A stretch of DNA of 44,555 nucleotides from NCBI GenBank assembly GCA_964369435.1, contig CAYJGP010000001.1:1-44555 (forward strand). Direction: 5' to 3'. A program made the position numbers and the translations under genes. How positions within the stretch are numbered: position 1 is the stretch's first letter; each line of letters begins with the position of its first letter. The stretch comes from an uncultured Oscillospiraceae bacterium (GTDB lineage: Bacteria; Bacillota; Clostridia; Oscillospirales; Ruminococcaceae). This document shows, piece after piece, positions 7,536 to 15,650 of the stretch. The notes beneath the pieces are model-generated. The model was not told the DNA's origin. It saw only the letters and a program-made list of their open reading frames with translations, and made no database searches.

Positions 7536-9782
7536 CTAAATCTTTTTAAAGACCTTTCTTATCGTTTTGCCTATTACAGGTGGAAACTGCAGCTTGCTGA
7601 TTATCTTGTACTTAATGCTTCCTTTAATATAAGCAAGCTCATCTTCAGCGGCAAGCAGAAGTGAGCGGTATACGGTATCGTCGGTCGATAGAACACCAGA
7701 AAAGATGCTTTCGATAAACTTTCTATCTTTTATAAACCGCTTTTTCTCGCCTGTCAGGCGATTATAGAGTGCTTTATATTCACTAGCCATATCTGGCAGG
7801 GTTTTGTGTTTATAGTCTTTTAGGGCAGCCTGTTTTTCATTGTACCCTTCGGTATCTTCTATTATAGAGATAAGTTTTTGGTAAATTTCAGAAGCGGAGC
7901 TCTCGATATCCATTAAAAATCCAGCGTTGTTTGCAGTTATCCGCTCGGCAACAGCGCCGATATCAAAAGCAAGCGTTGGGATATTTGCCATCATAGCCTC
8001 AGATAGGGTATAGCTAAATGTTTCCGGCCATATAGAGAAGATGCCAACAAGATCGATATCGTAACTTTGAAGAAGTGAGATAATATCGACACGCATATAG
8101 TTTTCAATCAGACGAACTTTCTTACCCTCGCCTGCGAGCGCTCGTATCTCCTCGTCGTAAACAGCGCCGAATATATAGAAATTTATATCTTTATCTTTGC
8201 ATTTTTTTATAAGAGAAGCTATTTTACCACTGCCCTTGTGGATTGCAACACCACCGATAAATGCGACATTAAATCCGCTTTTATCAGCTCGTTTCGCTGT
8301 TTTATACTCCTCTTGCATTAGACCGTGGTATCTTGCATCTATTTTGATAGAAGGGAAAATCCCATTTATTATATCTGCGGTGTTTTGTGAAGGGGTTATA
8401 ACACTATCAAATCCCTCAAGAAACTTTTTATGCTCATCACGAAATGCTTCAATAATATCGCTCTGTATCCCTTTTTGACGTGAGAGACATAGACTGCATT
8501 TTTCATGGTCGGTAGACGGCCCGCAGAATTTCTTTTCGTCATCAACGCAGTTTATAAGAGGGCAGATAAAAGCAAGATCGTGGATAGTGCAAACTGAGCG
8601 GACACCAAATTCCTTAGCAATATATGGGATATCGAGGGTGTGTCCTGCTGTATGTTGTAGGTGGACAAGGTCGATATCGAAGTTTTTAATAATATCTGAA
8701 ATCATTTTAGAGTAGCTCTGGTTATGGTATTTTAAATCGTAATAGATAAGGAGAGGGAATAAAAACTCTTCGCTACCTCCCTTATGGTATACAGATAGAC
8801 GGTAACCGTCCTTTTGGTGGGAGAGAACAAAGAAGTTATACTCATCTTTCATACTTCTTATCATATCCCAAAGATGCAATGTAACTCCGCCAACGCATCG
8901 CAAATCATCTTCACTATCAATCCATGAGTGAACAATAGCAAGGATATTTTTGCGATCCCCCAAATTCAGCTGCCAACCAACATTTTTGCCGATAACACTA
9001 TTGTGCTTAAATACAACATACTGGCTTGTGTACTGGCGAAGTCTTGGGTAACGTCTGTCGAGAATAAGGCCTGCATCTGCTATGCGCTGGTCTTTATCGG
9101 CACCAAAAGACTGGGTCCCTTTGTGGTAGATAAATGTATCATCAGCGCAGATATTGACAAAACCGTTCTCAATAGCACGGAATGAGAAATCGTTCTCCTC
9201 GCCGTATCCTTTGCCAAAGGTTTTCTCATCAAAATATCCGCAAACATCGAGTGCACGTCGTTTGATAAACATGCAGTATCCGTTTGCAGTTGGTATTTCA
9301 GGGTAGATTTTAAGGGAAGTTTCTTCAATCATCTTCGCATAATCAGAAAGGGATATATCGGCTGGAAGTTCGTTATCCTCGCAAAAATTCGGCACCGAAA
9401 CAAGGGTGCCGTTATTTGTGAGCGGTGTTACAGTTGCTATTTCAAAACGACTGTAAGCAGCGCTTTGTATCTTCGAGACAAAATTTTGTGTTACCTCAGT
9501 ATCGGAGTTTAGAAGGATAACATCATTTTTATCGCTCTCTTTCATACCGCGATTAACGCTTGCTACAAACCCCATATTTTTATCATTTTGAAGCAGTAGA
9601 ATGTTTAAGTCTTTATATGCCAAAACTATCTCTTTTAAATGCGGAAAAACCCTACCTTCAGGGCTTTTATCGTCAATTATAATCAGGCGATTTTTAGTTA
9701 AATCGCCATGTTGTGCAACGCTATCGATACAGGGTTTTAAATAGTCGTACCCGTTATAAACAGGGACTATAATATCAACCAT
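7536..9782 (-). CDS. Bifunctional glycosyltransferase: N-terminal GT2, C-terminal GT-B (GT4-like), and a coiled-coil tail
   Basis: The GT2 part shows IIVPVYNGYDYL...IIIDDKSP...LNSD. The GT4-like part shows PETFSYTLSEAMMANIPTLAFDIGAVAERI. The RBS is AAGGAGA. Confidence 0.85.
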   Translation of the reverse strand: MVDIIVPVYNGYDYLKPCIDSVAQHGDLTKNRLIIIDDKSPEGRVFPHLKEIVLAYKDLNILLLQNDKNMGFVASVNRGMKESDKNDVILLNSDTEVTQNFVSKIQSAAYSRFEIATVTPLTNNGTLVSVPNFCEDNELPADISLSDYAKMIEETSLKIYPEIPTANGYCMFIKRRALDVCGYFDEKTFGKGYGEENDFSFRAIENGFVNICADDTFIYHKGTQSFGADKDQRIADAGLILDRRYPRLRQYTSQYVVFKHNSVIGKNVGWQLNLGDRKNILAIVHSWIDSEDDLRCVGGVTLHLWDMIRSMKDEYNFFVLSHQKDGYRLSVYHKGGSEEFLFPLLIYYDLKYHNQSYSKMISDIIKNFDIDLVHLQHTAGHTLDIPYIAKEFGVRSVCTIHDLAFICPLINCVDDEKKFCGPSTDHEKCSLCLSRQKGIQSDIIEAFRDEHKKFLEGFDSVITPSQNTADIINGIFPSIKIDARYHGLMQEEYKTAKRADKSGFNVAFIGGVAIHKGSGKIASLIKKCKDKDINFYIFGAVYDEEIRALAGEGKKVRLIENYMRVDIISLLQSYDIDLVGIFSIWPETFSYTLSEAMMANIPTLAFDIGAVAERITANNAGFLMDIESSASEIYQKLISIIEDTEGYNEKQAALKDYKHKTLPDMASEYKALYNRLTGEKKRFIKDRKFIESIFSGVLSTDDTVYRSLLLAAEDELAYIKGSIKYKIISKLQFPPVIGKTIRKVFKKI

Positions 9783-11184
9783 TGTTATCTCCTTTTTTTA
9801 ATATATTCTTTATCCCACGAGCTGTTTTATAAGGGAAGCTATTTTCGAATTTTAGAACACGCTCTTTATATAAATTCCGCTGACGTTCCATCTCAGCATA
9901 GTGGCGCTCAAGCTCTGCGTGCATCTCTTCAAGCTCTAATAGATGAGCGAAACTTTGCTCGTGCGTATAGTGGAGGGCAAATAATGCCTCATTTAGCTCT
10001 TTGTTTACGATATCGCTATTTATCTGCGCCTCTAGGGTATCAAACTCATGCCTGTCCTCTATTCCGAATGTCATCAGCAGCTTTTGCAGCGGTATAAACT
10101 GCTCGAGCGCTGTGTTGCCTGAGTGGATATAGAGCCTTGTGATACTGCGATATAGGACAAATAGCGCCGAGACTTCAAAGTTCCATTCTTGATCAATTAT
10201 CTCAAACTCATTATCGACGATAAAAACATTGTCAAAGGTTAAATCATAGAGGGTTGGAAGTTTTTTAATAAGCGAGTAAAACCTCTTAATCTCAGTGATA
10301 AAGCTCTCTTTGCTATCTGATAGAACGAGGTTATAGAGATGCTCGGTAAATGAAATACCATCACTTCTCTTTTGGGTGTACACCCCGTCTAGAATCTCGC
10401 TATCAAGCGTTTTAAGGCCTTTATCTTTTATTATCTTTTCATTTTTTGAAATTGTTTCTATCTGTTGACAGCTGGTAGATGAGTAACAATTTTTAATTAC
10501 CTTATCATTATATAAAGTTGTGGTCACTTTATATTCGTCTTTGCGAAGCGGGGTAAAAGCGCAGAGCAGAGGCTCGTTGCTTATATTAACAGCAAAAAGA
10601 TACCCTGGTAGGAAAGAAAAAGGATTATCACACTTGTTATAGAGGTTATCTTCCCTCGCTGTAAGAACAGAGCCTGCGATATAAACCTGCGGTGCAGTTC
10701 CTATTTCAAGTGGAGTTGGCGGATACTTTTCATTGTATAGCTTAGTTATGAAAATATGGTGAGGGAGAAGTCCGTAGACGGAAATATCGGTGAAGTAGCG
10801 TTGAAGTTCACTGCAAATTTCTTTTTTCGATGGGATATTATCAGAAATAGCTGCAAACGGCGGACGTGAAAACCCACTAGCACCGAGCAGGTTTCTAGCT
10901 GAAACAGGATTTTCTGCTGTTATAAGCAGTTTTCCATCAGCTGGCTGCACTTTTCTTATTTCCTGTATGAAAGCAGATAGTGAGATATTATTTTCGGCTA
11001 AAATCGCCGCGATATCTACAATAGCTATCGAGCTATAACTCTTGCTCTTGTCTAAATCGGAGAATAGGTTACCGAAACTCGAAAAGGTATTTGGAACAAT
11101 ATAAAATACCTCTTCGCCCTCGTTTATAAAAGGGGAAAAGGGGTATTTTATAGTTTCTTTGCAGAGTTTTAGCAGATTTTCCAT
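9775..11184 (-). CDS. Hypothetical protein with a degenerate methyltransferase-like N-terminus, a kinase-like motif and a C-terminal coiled coil (WbdD-like architecture)
   Basis: VQPADGKLLITAENP resembles the late motifs of class I methyltransferases. YDLTFDN...IIDQEW resembles the D-x4-N and IDxE motifs of kinase-like folds. The tail HAELERHYAEMERQRNLYKER looks coiled-coil. ATG at 11184 follows GGAGGTG. Confidence 0.55.
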   Translation of the reverse strand: MENLLKLCKETIKYPFSPFINEGEEVFYIVPNTFSSFGNLFSDLDKSKSYSSIAIVDIAAILAENNISLSAFIQEIRKVQPADGKLLITAENPVSARNLLGASGFSRPPFAAISDNIPSKKEICSELQRYFTDISVYGLLPHHIFITKLYNEKYPPTPLEIGTAPQVYIAGSVLTAREDNLYNKCDNPFSFLPGYLFAVNISNEPLLCAFTPLRKDEYKVTTTLYNDKVIKNCYSSTSCQQIETISKNEKIIKDKGLKTLDSEILDGVYTQKRSDGISFTEHLYNLVLSDSKESFITEIKRFYSLIKKLPTLYDLTFDNVFIVDNEFEIIDQEWNFEVSALFVLYRSITRLYIHSGNTALEQFIPLQKLLMTFGIEDRHEFDTLEAQINSDIVNKELNEALFALHYTHEQSFAHLLELEEMHAELERHYAEMERQRNLYKERVLKFENSFPYKTARGIKNILKKGDNNG

Positions 11185-11203
11185 CCGCTCCACCTCCAAA
11201 AAA

Positions 11204-12970
11204 TTAATCAGATATTTTAAGGTTTAACTCCTCAAGTTGTTTTTTATCAACAGCTGAGGGGCTCATAACCATAAGCTCGCGTGCATTTTGAACTTTTGGG
11301 AAAGCCATAACTTCTTTTATATTCTCTTTGCCAAGCAAAAGCATACAAAGTCTGTCAAGCCCATAAGCCATGCCAGCATGCGGAGGTGCGCCAAATGAAA
11401 ATGCCTCCATTAAAAATCCGAACTGTTCTGCCGCTTCTTCTTTTGTAAAGCCAAGGGCATCAAACATCTGCGACTGGAGCTCTGGATTGTTTATACGAAC
11501 AGAGCCACCGCCGACTTCTGTTCCGTTCATAACAAGGTCATAAGCTTTTGCATAGCAGTTTGCCTTATCATTTGTTAATTTATCGATATCACAGTCTCTT
11601 GGAGCTGTGAAAGGATGGTGTTTTGCATAGTATCTGTTATCATCTGCTGAGTACTCAAATAGAGGGAAATCAACAACCCATAAGAAATTCAGCTCATTTT
11701 TATCATATAAATCGAGCTTGTCGCCAAGGTGCAGTCTAAGTGCTGCTAGTGCGTCGAAAACGATATTGTTATCAGCATCGGCAACGATCATCAAAAGATC
11801 ACCTAGGCAGAAATCAGCTTTCTCTCCGATAGCTTGAATTTCGTCCTCGGTGAGGAATTTTTCAAACGAACTGCTTCTACCATCAGCTGTGTATCTTGTG
11901 AAAGCAAGACCTTTCGCCTTGTAGGTTTTCACAACATCCACAAGCTTATCTATCTCTTTACGGCTAAGAAGCGAAGCGCCGCCTTTAAGGTTTAGCGCAC
12001 GAACAGATCCACCGTTTTCTATTGCTCCTTTAAATACTGCAAATTCGCAGCTTGCAACTGCCTCGGTAAGGTTTATAAGTTTTAAATCAAAGCGAAGATC
12101 AGGCTTGTCACAACCATAATTTTCCATCGCCTCATCATAGGTTATACGTGGTAGAGGTAGCGATACCTCTTTGCCGAGAAAATTTTTGCAGAGTGTTTTT
12201 ACAAACCCTTCATTTATCTCGATAACATCATCGACATCAGCAAAGCTCATCTCAAGGTCAATCTGTGTAAACTCTGGCTGTCTATCAGCTCGTAGATCCT
12301 CATCTCTAAAGCATTTTGCAATCTGCATGTACCTATCAAGTCCCGATAGCATACAAAGCTGCTTATAGAGCTGTAGAGCATAAAACTCGCCCTTGTGTAC
12401 CCTTGATGGAACAAGGTAGTCACGAGCACCTTCAGGGGTTGATTTAATAAGTATAGGAGTTTCTATCTCGATAAAACCGTTATTATCGAAATAGTCACGT
12501 GCGATTTTAACAACTCTATGTCTATCCACAAGCACTTTTGTCATCGAAGGACGACGAAGGTCGAGGTAGCGGTATTTTAATCGAAGCTCTTCATTTACCG
12601 AAATATTGTCGTTAATCTCAAAAGGTGGCACCTCTGCTTGTGAGAGAATCTTAAACTCAGTTACACAAAGTTCAACATCACCTGTTGGCAGCTCTGGGTT
12701 TTTGCTCTCGCGCTCACGCAATGTTCCCTTTACCATAACGACAAATTCAGCTCTTGCACCCGATGCTTTCTCTAAAATTTCAGCACCTGATATCTCCTCG
12801 CTTATTACAAGCTGGAGAAGACCGCTTCTATCTCTTAAATCAAGAAATATTAAGTTTCCAAGGTCACGTCGTTTATTTATAAATCCAGCAACTGTGCTCT
12901 CACAGCCTACATCTGAAATTCTAAAATCTCCGCAGTATCTATCTCTTCTGCTATTGCCCATGCTCTCCAT
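11204..12970 (-). CDS. aspS: Aspartyl-tRNA synthetase
   Basis: Recognised motifs are FRDEDLRADRQPEFTQIDLEMSF, GGGSVRIN and GLDRLCMLL. The length fits a bacterial-type AspRS. The RBS is AAGGAG. Confidence 0.95.
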   Translation of the reverse strand: MESMGNSRRDRYCGDFRISDVGCESTVAGFINKRRDLGNLIFLDLRDRSGLLQLVISEEISGAEILEKASGARAEFVVMVKGTLRERESKNPELPTGDVELCVTEFKILSQAEVPPFEINDNISVNEELRLKYRYLDLRRPSMTKVLVDRHRVVKIARDYFDNNGFIEIETPILIKSTPEGARDYLVPSRVHKGEFYALQLYKQLCMLSGLDRYMQIAKCFRDEDLRADRQPEFTQIDLEMSFADVDDVIEINEGFVKTLCKNFLGKEVSLPLPRITYDEAMENYGCDKPDLRFDLKLINLTEAVASCEFAVFKGAIENGGSVRALNLKGGASLLSRKEIDKLVDVVKTYKAKGLAFTRYTADGRSSSFEKFLTEDEIQAIGEKADFCLGDLLMIVADADNNIVFDALAALRLHLGDKLDLYDKNELNFLWVVDFPLFEYSADDNRYYAKHHPFTAPRDCDIDKLTNDKANCYAKAYDLVMNGTEVGGGSVRINNPELQSQMFDALGFTKEEAAEQFGFLMEAFSFGAPPHAGMAYGLDRLCMLLLGKENIKEVMAFPKVQNARELMVMSPSAVDKKQLEELNLKISD

Positions 12971-13086
12971 ATATATCTCCTTATCTGCCAGTTAAATCGG
13001 CAAAAAATTATTCAGTTTAGGTAAAACGTGTATCCTATTAATGATTTAAAAATCCCACCATAGGAGAGATTTTTAAAAGGTTATTA

Positions 13087-14346
13087 TTATTTTGTAAAAT
13101 GATTTACAATATCATCAAATGGCATAATCAGCTGCTCTTTAGTTTCCATATTTCGAATGGTGTAGCTATCGTTTTCGATCTCATCACTTCCGATAAATAT
13201 GCTGTATGCAAACTTCTTTTTATCGGCATATTTCATAGCCGCTTTCGGACTTCTGCCCATAAGCTCTACTTCTGCTCGAACGCCAAACTCTCGAAGCTTA
13301 CAGCCGAGCAAAAATGCTTTTTTAGCACTCTCGCTATCAAATGCCTTTATGTAAACTCCCACAGTAGTATCATCGCTTGATAAGAGATTTGCAGCTTCCA
13401 TTGCAAGGAGAATTCTCTCGATGCCCATACCGAAACCGATACCATCACAGCTATTTCCGCCAAGGCTCTCAACTAGACCTGAATATCTGCCGCCGCCGAG
13501 CACTGTTCCTTGTGCGCCGATATCATTTGAAACAAACTCAAAAACTGTTTTGGTATAGTAGTCAAGTCCGCGGACGATATCTGGGTTTATCTGATAGGTA
13601 GTTTTGCTCTCATCGAGGTAGCTTTTAGTCGCTTCAAAATGGTCTTTACACTCATCGCAGAGGTTATCTATCATTTTCGGTGCATCTTTAGCTATATCTT
13701 TACAAACAGGACTTTTACAATCAATTATACGAAGTGGGTTTTTCAAAAGACGCTCGTTACAGGTGCCGCAAAGATTTTCTTTTTTGCCCTCGAAATAGCT
13801 TTTGAGCTTTTCGTGGTACTGCGGTCTGCATTGCGGACATCCTATTGAGTTTATCTGCAAACTCACATTTGAAAGGCCAAGACCTTTTATAATGCTATCG
13901 CCTAAAAAGATGATTTCAGCATCGGTCAAAGGGTCTGCCGCTCCAAGTACTTCAACACCAAACTGGTGAAACTCACGCAGTCTTCCGGCTTGTGGTTTTT
14001 CATATCTAAAACAGTTTGCAAAGTAATAAACTTTTGCAGGTAGCGGCTCGTTTAAAATCGAATGTTCGAGCGCTGCACGTACAACACCTGCTGTGCCCTC
14101 AGGACGCAGTGTTATACTTCTGCCGCCTTTGTCTTCAAAGGTGTACATCTCTTTGCCAACAACATCTGTCGTTTCGCCAACACCTTTAATAAATAGCTCG
14201 GTATGTTCAAAGGTGGGCGTGCGAATTTCGCCGTACCCAAAAGGGGCCAGCGTTTTTAAAATTTTATCCTCTATAAACCGCAGTTTTTTGGCTGTATCCG
14301 GCATTGCGTCGGCACAGCCTCTGGGTGCATTTATTCTCTCTGCCAA
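13087..14346 (-). CDS. hisS: Histidyl-tRNA synthetase
   Basis: Recognised motifs are LRPEGTAGVVRA, FRYEKPQAGRLREFHQFGVE and GGGRYSGL. The start is TTG. Confidence 0.95.
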   Translation of the reverse strand: MAERINAPRGCADAMPDTAKKLRFIEDKILKTLAPFGYGEIRTPTFEHTELFIKGVGETTDVVGKEMYTFEDKGGRSITLRPEGTAGVVRAALEHSILNEPLPAKVYYFANCFRYEKPQAGRLREFHQFGVEVLGAADPLTDAEIIFLGDSIIKGLGLSNVSLQINSIGCPQCRPQYHEKLKSYFEGKKENLCGTCNERLLKNPLRIIDCKSPVCKDIAKDAPKMIDNLCDECKDHFEATKSYLDESKTTYQINPDIVRGLDYYTKTVFEFVSNDIGAQGTVLGGGRYSGLVESLGGNSCDGIGFGMGIERILLAMEAANLLSSDDTTVGVYIKAFDSESAKKAFLLGCKLREFGVRAEVELMGRSPKAAMKYADKKKFAYSIFIGSDEIENDSYTIRNMETKEQLIMPFDDIVNHFTK

Positions 14347-14352
14347 AATAAC

Positions 14353-14754
14353 TTACCTTTCGTTTAATATTTCTCTCCACTCAAAGTCGCCGCGCTCAAG
14401 ACCGTGTATTAAAACCTCGGCAGTTGCTATATTTGTGGCAACGGGAATATTGTGAACATCACATAGTCTAATAAGCGCCATATCAGAAGTTTCAAAAGCA
14501 TTTGACGATATAGGGTCGCGGAAATATAAAAGAAGATCGATTTCTCCACACGCAACAAGTGAAGCTATCTGCTGATCACCGCCTTGAGTGCCCGATAGAT
14601 ATTTATCTATTTTAAGGCCGGTTGCCTCTGAGACAACCTTTGCTGTAATAGCAGTGCCGCACATCTTATGTCTGCTTAGTATCCCATTGTATGCGATACA
14701 AAACTGTACCATAAGCTCTTTTCTACTGTCGTGGGCAATAATTGCGATATTCAT
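14353..14754 (-). CDS. Methylglyoxal synthase-like (MGS domain) protein, possibly non-catalytic
   Basis: IAHDSRKE and GGDQQ match MgsA. TGTTG, His98 and Asp101 equivalents are replaced. Confidence 0.8.
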   Translation of the reverse strand: MNIAIIAHDSRKELMVQFCIAYNGILSRHKMCGTAITAKVVSEATGLKIDKYLSGTQGGDQQIASLVACGEIDLLLYFRDPISSNAFETSDMALIRLCDVHNIPVATNIATAEVLIHGLERGDFEWREILNER

Positions 14755-14762
14755 ATTTCCTC

Positions 14763-15449
14763 CTATTTTACCAAAAGCGGCATATTTTTCCCGAGCAGTC
14801 GGTCTGCCAAATTTCTATATACTTGCTGTTGCTCGTTTGATGTTTGAAAAGATGGGACAACTCCGAGGAGTTGTACTCCTATTGTATCAATAATATAATC
14901 GAAATTTCCGATAATATTTTTTCGTTTGACATCTGCCTTATTTATAATAATACGATGATTAGCAGCATCTAAAATGTCGTTATAATGGAGGTAGTCGCTT
15001 AGAACAGCGCCGTCACGCAGTGATATTTCATCAGGGGTGACAATTATAGCTGCTAGATTGGATAAAGAAGCTACATCGCATATAAATCCATCGAATCCTG
15101 CGCTACAATCGAGCAAACAAAAGTCGTAAATATCATCTACTTCGATTAAGATATTTTGAAGCTTGTCTTTATCAATCGTTGCTTTAGGGTTGATTGATGA
15201 GGGGATGTAGTCGAGATTTTCATTTATAGCGAGAGCAACTTCGCTTATTCTCTTACCATCTATTATATCTGATAGGTCATAAACCACTCTGTCAACTACC
15301 GAAAAGAGGTGATCAAGACTTCTCAGCGGAATATCAAGCTCTAGCACGAGGGTCTTACTGCCGCTTTTTGCAAGTTGTTGTGCAACTGCAGCTGTAAGTG
15401 TTGATTTTCCAACACCGCCTTTTCCGCTCATAAAACTGATTGTTTTCAA
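14763..15449 (-). CDS. MinD/ParA-family P-loop ATPase (228 aa, short form)
   Basis: It has the deviant Walker A motif SGKGGVGKST and MinD-like LELDIPLRSLD, VYDLSDII and LLDCSAGF. The TTG start follows GGTGGTG. Confidence 0.8.
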   Translation of the reverse strand: MKTISFMSGKGGVGKSTLTAAVAQQLAKSGSKTLVLELDIPLRSLDHLFSVVDRVVYDLSDIIDGKRISEVALAINENLDYIPSSINPKATIDKDKLQNILIEVDDIYDFCLLDCSAGFDGFICDVASLSNLAAIIVTPDEISLRDGAVLSDYLHYNDILDAANHRIIINKADVKRKNIIGNFDYIIDTIGVQLLGVVPSFQTSNEQQQVYRNLADRLLGKNMPLLVK

Positions 15450-15650
15450 CTTTCACCACCTACTATATACAAAATTATATCACAAACTTCCCATTTTGTT
15501 AAGGGAATTGTTTTGCTAAAGTGTAAATTATACAAGAAACTAGGAGGGTAAAATGATTAAATTGAGTTATATTAACCAAATATTTTGATTATTTTTGTCA
15601 TAATCAATATAAAGAAAAATATCATCGGTTTGATTTTTTTAAGCTAAAAC

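Noticed and set aside
12971-13086. A possible T-box leader or attenuator for hisS or aspS
   Set aside because: The hisS start lies 6 nt after the mgsA-like stop, so there is no room for a leader. The 116-nt hisS-aspS spacer shows only a weak hairpin (AAATCTCTCC...GGTGGGATTT), and I could not find a T-box consensus (AATTAGGGTGGTACCGCG-like) or a specifier-loop layout.
15553-15588. An 11-codon plus-strand ORF (MIKLSYINQIF) with a strong AGGAGGG ribosome binding site in the pbp2 to minD-like gap
   Set aside because: It lies on the strand opposite all neighbouring genes and I saw no promoter or terminator around it. The SD-like sequence may be coincidental. It is too short to evaluate without ribosome profiling or conservation data.
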